Source: Desulfobulbus propionicus DSM 2032
Lineage (GTDB): Bacteria > Desulfobacterota > Desulfobulbia > Desulfobulbales > Desulfobulbaceae
Length of the DNA: 32,000 bases
Reading direction: 5' to 3'
Assembly: GCF_000186885.1 (NCBI RefSeq)
Contig: NC_014972.1
Coordinates: 2,250,001 to 2,282,000, forward strand
Shown one piece after another: positions 18,854-27,113 of the stretch; position 1 is the first letter of the stretch, and each line of letters opens with the position of its first letter. The notes beneath the pieces were generated by a model. That model searched no databases. It had not been told where the DNA came from and saw only the letters and a list, made by a program, of their open reading frames with translations. The position numbers and the translations under genes are program-made.

Positions 18854-19204
18854 ATGACCACTTTCAAACAGGAATGGACCCTGGAAGCGGCCCTGAAGAT
18901 CCTCCAGCATCCCACCGTGGACAGCCAGATCTGGGCCTCGGCGGTGGAATGGCTGTTGATTTACGGGCCACCGGAGATCCAGGAATTGCTCACGCAGGCC
19001 AGCACCCACGCCACCGGCGAACGCTTTCCCCATCTCAAGCCGCAACGCTACGGCCCGGACGGCAGCCCCTGCTACGACCTTGCCGAACTCGCTCAGGCGC
19101 TGGGTATCAGCGAGGAAGAGGCCAGGATGCAGTTGCTGGAAAAGGAGATCAAGCACGGTATCCAGCACGGTTTTTCCGAGGACGACACCACCACCCTGCA
19201 GTAG
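18854..19204 (+). CDS. Conserved-looking hypothetical protein (116 aa)
   Basis: MTTFKQEWTLEAALKILQHPTVDSQIWASAVEWLLIYGPPEIQELLTQASTHATGERFPHL... Convincing coding character, opposite orientation to both neighbours, and competing ORFs are weaker. Confidence 0.65.
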   Translation: MTTFKQEWTLEAALKILQHPTVDSQIWASAVEWLLIYGPPEIQELLTQASTHATGERFPHLKPQRYGPDGSPCYDLAELAQALGISEEEARMQLLEKEIKHGIQHGFSEDDTTTLQ

Positions 19205-19261
19205 CGCTCGGCCAGCCGCTCCCCCGCTCGAAACGGCTGGGACGCAGGCGACGATTCCCGT

Positions 19262-20503
19262 CTACCAGCGGCCGCCGCCTGGCGGCGCGTTCTTGTAGGG
19301 CACCAGTTCGAACAACCGTTTGTGCGGATCGATCTGGATGTGATAGTAGCGGTCCTGGGGCATGTAGATATAGGGGATTTCCTCCTCCTGACGGGAGAGG
19401 AAACAGGAGAGGATCATCCGGTTGACCGCCCGATGACCGACGATCATGATGTTCTCGTCGTAATTATTGAGGAAAAAGACCTTTTTCAAGCCCCGGTGCA
19501 CCCGCTCCTCCATGGTGGCGTAGCCCTCGCCCTCGGGGTAGACGTAGCGGTACTTGTTGGGCCCTCGCGCCTTGGCCACATGCGGCATCTGCCGCCGGAT
19601 CTCCTCGTAGGTCATGCCTTCGCAGACGCCGGCGTGGATCTCGTTGAATTCGGGCAGGGCGATGATCGAGCAGGGGTCCTGGCGCTCGGCGATCGGGGTG
19701 GCGGTCTGCAGGGTCCGTTTGTAGTTGCTGGTGAAGATGATCGGGATACGGACGGTGGCAAAATGCTCGGCCAAGGCATGGGCCTGTTCCAGCCCCTTGT
19801 CCGTGAGGTCGGAGTCGCCGCCGATGCGGTCCTCGCGGTTGTAATAGGTTTCGCCGTGACGCACCAGGAAAAGGTTGCGCACGATTCGGGTGGTGAGGAT
19901 GTCGCGAATGCGGTCGTAGTAGGGCAACACATCGGTGATCCGCTCCTGGAGGATGCAGGAATCAAAGGAATCCAACAAGATGCGGTTGGGTTCGGTGTCC
20001 AGCGGTTCGTAGATCGACTCGTAGTAGGCAATCCGCTTGACAAAGCTCTCCAGGGCCTTTTCCCGGCTGAGATGACAAAATTCCTTGAGACCGACCTTGC
20101 GTTCCAGGTTGGCTTCCAGGGCCTCCTCATCGGCGTTGAGGCATTCGATGAAGCACAGCGGCAGATCGGGAAAGGCAGCAACCAGGGTTTGCCTGCGCTC
20201 GCGGGTGACGTTGCTCGCATCCATGATCGCCACCTCGCCGCCTTCGCGGAGGAAGGCTTGGGCCAGCTCGATGTTCATCCGCGAGATGCGTTCCCGCATC
20301 TCCTTGCCCTGGACATTGGCCGGGGAAAAGAATTCCGAGGAAGAGGTGGTCTTGTCGGTGTCGAGTTTACGCCGCAGCTCACCGTTGTTGAAGATGCGCA
20401 CGGTGATGCCATCCAGCTCCAGGGTGCGGCCGAGCTTGCGCGCCATGGTCGATTTGCCGCGGGCCGGCAAGCCAACCATGACAATGACCAGTTTCCGTTT
20501 CAT
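19262..20503 (-). CDS. 6-phosphofructo-2-kinase/fructose-2,6-bisphosphatase-like bifunctional protein
   Basis: P-loop VMVGLPARGKSTMARKL, DASNVTRERR, YESIYEPLD, then a histidine phosphatase domain: FLVRHGETYYNREDRIGGDSDLT, FNEIHAGVCEGMTYEEI, VGHRAVNRMIL. Start at the ATG at 20503. Confidence 0.9.
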   Translation of the reverse strand: MKRKLVIVMVGLPARGKSTMARKLGRTLELDGITVRIFNNGELRRKLDTDKTTSSSEFFSPANVQGKEMRERISRMNIELAQAFLREGGEVAIMDASNVTRERRQTLVAAFPDLPLCFIECLNADEEALEANLERKVGLKEFCHLSREKALESFVKRIAYYESIYEPLDTEPNRILLDSFDSCILQERITDVLPYYDRIRDILTTRIVRNLFLVRHGETYYNREDRIGGDSDLTDKGLEQAHALAEHFATVRIPIIFTSNYKRTLQTATPIAERQDPCSIIALPEFNEIHAGVCEGMTYEEIRRQMPHVAKARGPNKYRYVYPEGEGYATMEERVHRGLKKVFFLNNYDENIMIVGHRAVNRMILSCFLSRQEEEIPYIYMPQDRYYHIQIDPHKRLFELVPYKNAPPGGGRW

Positions 20504-20853
20504 GCTCCCTCCTTGATCGCAGGCACCGGTTGTTCGGGGAACTCGGGACAATGTTGCGGCTATTGTACGAACTCGCAAAGAAAAATGCAGGAAAAATGTA
20601 GACGCGGCCCTCGCCGGCCAGCCGCGCTAAATCGGCCGTCCCATTGCTTCTGCTTGCTTTCACGGGGGCTATGCGCTAGCTTTCGACGATTCTCTCAACC
20701 GGTTTTCTGTTCATGCCCGTGTTCGCGCTGAAGTCCAGCGCCGTGGGCCGCCCATGACCAGTCAGGCCAGCATGCCGACCCCTTTTGGGGAAGCGGTACG
20801 GTTTGTTCGACCCGAACATTCGCCTGATCCTCTTTTTTCTCAAAGGTTATCCT

Positions 20854-23499
20854 GTGACAACGCAAAAAAAAGAAACATTTCTCAAGGAATACACCCCGCC
20901 CGCTTATCTGGTCGATCGTCTCGACCTGCGGGTTGAACTCGATCCCCAGGCCACCCGGGTGCGGGCCACTCTCCGCTGCCGGCCCAACACCAACACCCCG
21001 GTCAAGCAGCCGCTGGTGCTCAACGGCGAGCAGCTGGAACTGGTGCGGGTCGCGCTTGACGGTGTCGAACTCAGCGCCACGGAATTCCATTTCGGCGACG
21101 GCCTGCTGACCATCGCCCAGGTGCCGGACGGTCCCTTCATGGTGGAAACCGAAACCCGGATCAATCCGGCCGGCAACACCGCCCTGGAAGGCTTGTACCT
21201 CTCCTCGGGCAACTATTGCACCCAATGCGAGGCGGAAGGGTTCCGCACCATCACCTGCTTTCCGGACCGGCCGGACGTGATGACCGTATTCACCACCACG
21301 ATCGTCGGCGACACGGCCAGCTGCCCGGTGTTGCTCTCCAATGGCAACCTGATCGACTCGGGCGACCTGGGCGACGGCCGCCACTACGCCACCTGGCATG
21401 ATCCCTTCCCCAAGCCCTGCTATCTCTTTGCCCTGGTGGCCGGCGACCTGGTGCGCATCAGCGATACCTTCACCACCCGTTCCGGCCGGCAGATCGATTT
21501 GCACATCTATGTGGAGGAGCGCAACCGGAACAAATGCGACCACGCCATGCGCGCCCTGCAAAAGGCCATGCGCTGGGACGAGCTCCGCTTCGGCCGCGAG
21601 TACGACCTCGACACCTACATGATCGTGGCGGTCGATGATTTCAATATGGGCGCCATGGAAAACAAGGGGCTGAACGTGTTCAACTCCAAGTATGTGCTCG
21701 CTTTGCCCGAAACCGCCACCGACACCGACTACGAAGGCATCGAAGGAGTGATCGCCCACGAGTATTTCCATAACTGGACCGGCAACCGCATCACCTGCCG
21801 CGACTGGTTCCAGCTCAGCCTCAAGGAAGGGTTGACCGTATTTCGCGACCAGGAGTTCACCGCCGACATGATCTCGCGACCGGTCAAGCGCATCCAGGAC
21901 GCCAACATCATCCGCTCGTTCCAGTTCCGCGAGGACAGCGGCCCCATGGCCCACCCGGTGCGGCCGCCCTCGTTTGTCGAGATCAACAATTTCTACACTC
22001 TCACCGTCTACAACAAAGGCGCCGAGGTGATCCGCATGCTCCACACCCTGCTCGGCCCGGAGACCTTCCGCCGAGGCATGGACCTCTATTTCGAACGCCA
22101 CGACGGTCAGGCCGTGACCTGCGACGATTTTGTCGCCGCCATGGCCGATGCCTGGGGCAAGGACCTGACCCAGTTCAAACGCTGGTATTCGCAGGCCGGC
22201 ACCCCGGAACTCACGGTCCGGGCCGACTACGACCCGGCCGCCCGGCAGCTGATCCTTACAGTGGAGCAGACCTGTCCGCCCACCCGGGAAAGCGCCGAGA
22301 AGCTCCCCTTCTTCATGCCGCTGGCCGTGGGCCTGCTCGATGCCCAGGGGCGCGCGATGCCCCTGGAGAACGCGCCCGACGCCACTACCAGGGTACTGAT
22401 CCTCTCGGAGGCCAAACAGCGGTTTGAATTCACCAATATCGCCAGCACTCCCACGATCTCGTTTCTCCGCAACTTTTCCGCGCCGGTCAAGGTCCGCCTC
22501 GACCAGTCCGACGAGGAACTGGGAGTGTTGATGGCGCACGACCCCGATCCCTTCAACCGCTGGGATGCGGGCCAAAAACTCGGCCTGCACCATCTGCTGG
22601 CGCAGATCGAACGGCATCAACAGGGCCAACCGGTACAGGTGGACGACCGTCTGCTCCACGGCCTGCGCAATCTGCTGCTCGACCGCGACTCCGATCCGGC
22701 CTTCCTGGCCATGGCCATGGCCCTGCCCTCGGAAAACTGGATCGGCCAGCAGATGGAGGTCGTCGATCCGGTGGCCATCTTCGCGGTCCGTCAACAGTTC
22801 CGCGCCCTGATCGGCCAGGCCCTGCGGAGCGAGCTGCTCCAGGGCTACGAAACCCTGCGCATCCCCGGCCCCTACCGCTACAGCGCCCTCGACGCCGGCA
22901 AACGGGCCCTGCGCAACGGCTGCCTGGCCTATCTGCTGGCGCCCCCCCTGGATGGCGTGCTCGATCCCTGCCTGTTGCACAAGGGCGTCCACCAGTACCG
23001 GCATGCCGACAACATGACCGATGCCATCGCCGCCCTGAGCTGCGTGGTCAATGCCGACCTGGCCACCGGAACCGAGTTGCTGGCCGATTTCCACGCCCAA
23101 TGGCAGCACGATCCGCTGGTGGTCGACAAGTGGCTGATCCTCCAGGCCGGCTGCACCCTGCCCGGTACCCTGGACCGGGTCAAGGCCCTGACCACGCACC
23201 CCAGCTTCACCTACAAGAACCCCAACAAGGTCAGGTCGCTGATCGCCACCTTTTGTGCCACCAACCACGGCCAGTTCCATGCCGCCGATGGCTCCGGATA
23301 CGACTTCCTCGGCGATCAGGTCTGCCTGCTCGATCCGCTCAATCCGCAGATTGCCGCCCGGATGCTCACCCCGTTGACCCAATGGCGCCGCTACGATGCC
23401 GGCCGCCAGCAGCTGATGCGCGCCCAACTCGAACGCATCGGCTCGCAACGCTCGCTCTCCGACGACGTCAAGGAGGTGGTGGAAAGATCGTTGCACTAA
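20854..23499 (+). CDS. pepN: Aminopeptidase N (M1 family metallopeptidase)
   Basis: GAMENKGLNVFNSKYVLA, VIAHEYFHNWTGNRITCRDWFQLSLKEGLTVFRDQEF (HEXXH-X18-E), C-terminal PepN domain. GTG at 20854 (VTTQKKETFL) is likely; the track ORF begins at 20785. Confidence 0.95.
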   Translation: MTTQKKETFLKEYTPPAYLVDRLDLRVELDPQATRVRATLRCRPNTNTPVKQPLVLNGEQLELVRVALDGVELSATEFHFGDGLLTIAQVPDGPFMVETETRINPAGNTALEGLYLSSGNYCTQCEAEGFRTITCFPDRPDVMTVFTTTIVGDTASCPVLLSNGNLIDSGDLGDGRHYATWHDPFPKPCYLFALVAGDLVRISDTFTTRSGRQIDLHIYVEERNRNKCDHAMRALQKAMRWDELRFGREYDLDTYMIVAVDDFNMGAMENKGLNVFNSKYVLALPETATDTDYEGIEGVIAHEYFHNWTGNRITCRDWFQLSLKEGLTVFRDQEFTADMISRPVKRIQDANIIRSFQFREDSGPMAHPVRPPSFVEINNFYTLTVYNKGAEVIRMLHTLLGPETFRRGMDLYFERHDGQAVTCDDFVAAMADAWGKDLTQFKRWYSQAGTPELTVRADYDPAARQLILTVEQTCPPTRESAEKLPFFMPLAVGLLDAQGRAMPLENAPDATTRVLILSEAKQRFEFTNIASTPTISFLRNFSAPVKVRLDQSDEELGVLMAHDPDPFNRWDAGQKLGLHHLLAQIERHQQGQPVQVDDRLLHGLRNLLLDRDSDPAFLAMAMALPSENWIGQQMEVVDPVAIFAVRQQFRALIGQALRSELLQGYETLRIPGPYRYSALDAGKRALRNGCLAYLLAPPLDGVLDPCLLHKGVHQYRHADNMTDAIAALSCVVNADLATGTELLADFHAQWQHDPLVVDKWLILQAGCTLPGTLDRVKALTTHPSFTYKNPNKVRSLIATFCATNHGQFHAADGSGYDFLGDQVCLLDPLNPQIAARMLTPLTQWRRYDAGRQQLMRAQLERIGSQRSLSDDVKEVVERSLH

Positions 23500-23527
23500 C
23501 GGCCTGATTCCCGCCAGCCAATGCACC

Positions 23528-23559
23528 GGCCGCACCCGTTGTCCCGCTCGGGTGCGGCC
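23528..23559 (+). terminator. Probable transcription terminator hairpin downstream of pepN
   Basis: Perfect 11-bp inverted repeat GGCCGCACCCG - TTGTCCCGCT - CGGGTGCGGCC. Only a weak U-tract. Confidence 0.5.
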
Positions 23560-23784
23560 CCCTTCCGGCTGCCGCTCGCTTCGTGCGTTGTTTCCTGCCA
23601 CAACCGGCGAGGCACCTGTAGTATTTTCCCCGCCCTCCCCCCTGTTCCCCGCTTGCCTTCCGTCTGTAATTATGGTCTTATTTCGCGGAGGTATCGGCAT
23701 AGCGCCGCCACATGCCCTCATGCCCTGGCGGCCAATGTCAACGCGGCCCCACACTGCGGTTGCCCGCAGCCAAGGCCTTTGCCT

Positions 23785-23850
23785 GCCGGTGGATCGGGAC
23801 AGGCGTGCAGGGCCGGAGGATTCCACCCTGCCTGTCCCCGCGTCACCGGC
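23785..23850 (+). promoter_or_regulatory. Nested long hairpin in the 5' region of the GlsB/YeaQ-like gene
   Basis: GCCGGTG (23785-23791) pairs with CACCGGC (23844-23850); GGGACAGG (23796-23803) with CCTGTCCC (23831-23838); CAGGG (23808-23812) with CCCTG (23826-23830). Confidence 0.5.
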
Positions 23851-23883
23851 ATTCTCGCCATACTTCACACAAGGAGGAGCGCA

Positions 23884-24138
23884 ATGGGCATTCTGTCGTG
23901 GATCGTCATGGGACTGATCGTCGGGATCATCGCCAAACTCATCATGCCGGGTGAAGACCCGGGCGGATTTTTCATGACCATCGTGCTCGGGATAGCCGGG
24001 GCATTCGTCGGCGGTTTGATCGGCTCCTTTCTCGGCTGGGGAACGGTGACCGGATTCAACCTGGGCAGCTTGGCCCTGGCCGTGGGCGGCTCCCTGCTGC
24101 TGTTGCTGTTCTATCGGTCCCGCAAAAAGAAACAATAG
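23884..24138 (+). CDS. GlsB/YeaQ/YmgE family (transglycosylase-associated) small membrane protein
   Basis: MGILSWIVMGLIVGIIAKLIMPGEDPGGFFMTIVLGIAGAFVGGLIGSFLGWG..., 84 aa, with AAGGAGG SD at 23871. Confidence 0.93.
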   Translation: MGILSWIVMGLIVGIIAKLIMPGEDPGGFFMTIVLGIAGAFVGGLIGSFLGWGTVTGFNLGSLALAVGGSLLLLLFYRSRKKKQ

Positions 24139-24252
24139 TCTCCTGTTCACACCATCCCCGCGGCTGGGGTGTTCGCAATGGTTCCACCACCCGGAGGGAC
24201 GATGCGCTCCCAGACCGCAGCGCGTTCACCCATCAACCACAAGGAGAGAACT

Positions 24253-25194
24253 ATGACCAGAGTCTATTTTCAACGGGCCAGCAAGGGATACCGGGCTGTG
24301 CGCGGGGAAGTCGTGCGGCAGATCCAGGTTGCCCTCAGAGCGGCCGGGGCCGATCCCGAGGAGATCGATGGCATCTACGGCGGCGACACGGAAAAGGCGC
24401 TCAAGGCATATCAGCAGGCCAAGGGGATGGAAAGCAACGGCAAGATAACCACCGAGACCTGGTCGAGCCTGATGGGAGAAGCTCCGCCTTCCCTCTTTGC
24501 CCGCTGCCTGCAACTGACCGGCGATTTTGAAGGTCATGGCTTTCAAAAAATTGCCGGCAATTTCGACGGGGCCGGCCTGACCTGGGGCATTATTGGCTTT
24601 ACCTTGCAGCACGGCGAACTGAAACGGATCATTTCCGAGGTGGCACAGCAGTATCCCGCCCTGCTCGACCAGGCTTTCGGCAGCCTCAGGGATGACCTGC
24701 TCGACGTGCTCCGGCAGAGCAAAAACGAGCAGATTGCCTGGGCGAACGCCATCTCCATCGGCTCCAACAAATACCGCGTGCAAGGGCCGTGGGAACAGGC
24801 CTTCGCCACCCTGGGCACCTTTCCCGAAGTCCAGGCCGTTCAGCTGAAACGGGTGGGGGCCTATTGGGATATCGCCCTGCGCGACACAAAACGCTTTGGT
24901 CTGAAAAGCGAACGGGGCCTTGCCCTGTGCTTCGATATCGCGGTGCAGAACGGTGGCATCGATTTTGCTCAGGAGGAGCGCGGCATCCTGAAGTGGCTTG
25001 CCAACCATCCGGACGCCGTGGAAAGCGACAAACTGGCGCGGATCGCCGACGTGGTGGCCGAAAACAGCCGGCCCCAATACGTGGAGGATGTCCGGCGGCG
25101 TAAACGGACGATCGCGACCGGAGACGGCGTGGTCCATGGCGCCCGCTATGCCACCCAGGACTGGGGGATCGCGGAACACCCCTGGATCGTCTAG
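24253..25194 (+). CDS. Peptidoglycan-binding domain protein with a GH46/lysozyme-like catalytic domain
   Basis: N-terminal PG_binding_1-like repeat (VRQIQVALRAAGADPEEIDGIYGGDTEKALKAYQQAKG) and C-terminal ARCLQLTGDFEGHGFQKIAGNFDGAGLTWGIIGFTLQHGEL resembling chitosanase/lysozyme folds. AAGGAGA SD. Confidence 0.6.
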   Translation: MTRVYFQRASKGYRAVRGEVVRQIQVALRAAGADPEEIDGIYGGDTEKALKAYQQAKGMESNGKITTETWSSLMGEAPPSLFARCLQLTGDFEGHGFQKIAGNFDGAGLTWGIIGFTLQHGELKRIISEVAQQYPALLDQAFGSLRDDLLDVLRQSKNEQIAWANAISIGSNKYRVQGPWEQAFATLGTFPEVQAVQLKRVGAYWDIALRDTKRFGLKSERGLALCFDIAVQNGGIDFAQEERGILKWLANHPDAVESDKLARIADVVAENSRPQYVEDVRRRKRTIATGDGVVHGARYATQDWGIAEHPWIV

Positions 25195-25266
25195 GACGGT
25201 CCAGGCGGAAAACGGCGCACCCATGCCCCTGTCCCCCCTTTCAACCGTTGGATCAGCCGTCATGCG

Positions 25267-26436
25267 ATGTCCCTGAAAAAAGTTTCTCTGTTGCTTGTAC
25301 CGGTGCTGGCCATCGGTTTCTTTGCCGGCTACCGTTTCCTGACCCGGGAACAGCCGATCAAGGTGACGGTACAGGCCGTGGATCGCGGCCTGGTCGAGGC
25401 CACGGTGGCCAATACCCGCGCCGGCACGGTCAAGGCCCGCAACCGGGCCAACCTGACCCCGCCCATCGGCGGCCAGATCGCCACCCTCCATGTGCGCAAG
25501 GCCGACACGGTCAAGGCCGGCCAGATCCTGCTCACCCTGTGGAACAAGGATCTGCAGGCGGAACTGCAACTGGCACGAAGTGAGACCATTGCCGCCGAAG
25601 CCGCCGTGCGGGAAAACTGTCTGATGGCCGATCTGGCTGAGCGCCAGGCCGCGCGTCAGCGCGAATTGCGGACCACCAAGGCCACCTCGGAATCCAAATA
25701 CGACGAGGCCCAGGCCACGGCCCGCGCCCGGCGGGCGGCCTGCGAGGCTGCCACGGCGCGGCGGGCGGTGAGCGCCGCCCGGGTCAAGGCCACCGAGGCC
25801 ACCCTGGAACGGACCATCCTCATTGCCCCCTTCGACGGCATCGTCGCCGAGGTTAACGGCGAGGTCGGCGAGTATCTGACACCGTCGCCGCCGGGCATCG
25901 CCACCCTGCCGGCGGTGGATCTGATCAACATGCAGTCGCTCTACGTGGCCGCGCCCATCGACGAGATCGATGCGGCCCAGATCCGGCCCGGCATGGCGGT
26001 GCGCATCAGTCTCGATGCCTTTCCCAAGCAGAGCTTTCCGGGCACGGTGCACAGCATCTCGCCCTATGTGCTCGAGGTGGCCAAGCAGGCGCGCACGGTG
26101 GAGATCGAGGCCGACTTTGCCCAGAATGCCGCTCCACCCAACCTGCTGGCCGGGTACAGCGCCGATGTCGAGATCATCCTCGCTACCCGGCCGCAGGTCA
26201 TGCGCATCCCCTCCGAGGCCCTGCTGGGTGATGGGTCGGTCTACTTGCTCGATCCCAAAAGCAAGCGGGTCGAGCGCCGCAGGGTGACCACCGGTCTGGC
26301 CAATTGGAAATTCACCGAGGTCAGCGCCGGCCTGCAGCCAGGCGAGACGGTAGTGACCTCCATCGACCGCCAGGGCTTGGCCGATGGCGTGCTGGTCGAG
26401 GTGGAGCAACCCGCCCGGACAGTGGCCACGCCATGA
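25267..26436 (+). CDS. HlyD/MacA-like periplasmic adaptor (membrane fusion) subunit of an ABC efflux system
   Basis: N-terminal TM; GGQIATLHVRKADTVKAGQILLTLWNKDL lipoyl-like half motif, coiled coil, and TILIAPFDGIVAEVNGEVGEYLTP. Confidence 0.9.
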   Translation: MSLKKVSLLLVPVLAIGFFAGYRFLTREQPIKVTVQAVDRGLVEATVANTRAGTVKARNRANLTPPIGGQIATLHVRKADTVKAGQILLTLWNKDLQAELQLARSETIAAEAAVRENCLMADLAERQAARQRELRTTKATSESKYDEAQATARARRAACEAATARRAVSAARVKATEATLERTILIAPFDGIVAEVNGEVGEYLTPSPPGIATLPAVDLINMQSLYVAAPIDEIDAAQIRPGMAVRISLDAFPKQSFPGTVHSISPYVLEVAKQARTVEIEADFAQNAAPPNLLAGYSADVEIILATRPQVMRIPSEALLGDGSVYLLDPKSKRVERRRVTTGLANWKFTEVSAGLQPGETVVTSIDRQGLADGVLVEVEQPARTVATP

Positions 26437-27110
26437 TCGAACTGCGCGAGGTCAGCCGCATCTTTCATGTCGGTGGTCAGGAGGTGTGGGCCATGGACCG
26501 CATTTCGCTCACCATCGCGCCGGGCGAATACCTCTCCATCATGGGCCCCTCGGGCTCGGGCAAATCGACCTTGCTCAACACCCTGGGCTTGCTCGACACC
26601 CCGGACAGCGGCACCTACCTGCTCGAAGGCCAGGACGTCACCAGCCTCGACGACCGCCAACTGGCCGCCACCCGCAGCCGCAAGATCGGTTTCATCTTCC
26701 AGTTTTTCCATCTCATTCCCCGCCTCACCGCCCAGCAGAACATCGAACTGCCCCTGCTGCTGGCCGGCGTCGCGCGCCGCGAACGAACCGAACGCAGCAC
26801 GCCTCTGCTGGAGGCCTTTGGCCTGACCGCGCGGCGCCACCACAAACCGGACGAACTTTCCGGCGGCCAGCGCCAGCGGGTGGCCATTGCCCGGGCGGTG
26901 ATCAACCGGCCGACCGTGCTGCTGGCCGACGAGCCCACCGGCAACCTCGACCGCCACTCCGGCACCGACATCATCGAACTGCTGGAGGAGCTGAACCAGC
27001 GCGGGCTGACGTTGGTGATCGTCACCCACGATCCGGAGATCGGCGAGCGGGCACGGCGGCAGATCCGGGTGGTGGACGGCCGTATCGCCGCCGACAGCCG
27101 CAGGAACTGA
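26433..27110 (+). CDS. MacB/LolD-type ABC transporter ATP-binding protein
   Basis: Walker A GPSGSGKST, signature LSGGQRQRVAIARA, Walker B VLLADEPTGNLD. ATG at 26433 overlaps the adaptor stop. Confidence 0.95.
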   Translation: MIELREVSRIFHVGGQEVWAMDRISLTIAPGEYLSIMGPSGSGKSTLLNTLGLLDTPDSGTYLLEGQDVTSLDDRQLAATRSRKIGFIFQFFHLIPRLTAQQNIELPLLLAGVARRERTERSTPLLEAFGLTARRHHKPDELSGGQRQRVAIARAVINRPTVLLADEPTGNLDRHSGTDIIELLEELNQRGLTLVIVTHDPEIGERARRQIRVVDGRIAADSRRN

Positions 27111-27113
27111 ACC

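Noticed and set aside
18703-19425. 240-aa plus-strand ORF overlapping the 116-aa hypothetical
   Set aside because: Alternative frame with Arg/Gly/Ser/Pro-rich sequence running into the PFK-2-like gene; the 18854-19204 frame is more protein-like.
20695-24150. 1151-aa minus-strand ORF
   Set aside because: Antisense to the unambiguous pepN and GlsB-like genes. The protein is a Gly/His/Gln/Asp-rich string without domain character, a typical shadow ORF of GC-rich coding sequence.
24226-26409. 727-aa minus-strand ORF
   Set aside because: Antisense to the PG-binding hydrolase and the HlyD-like adaptor, both of which have real motifs and SD sequences.
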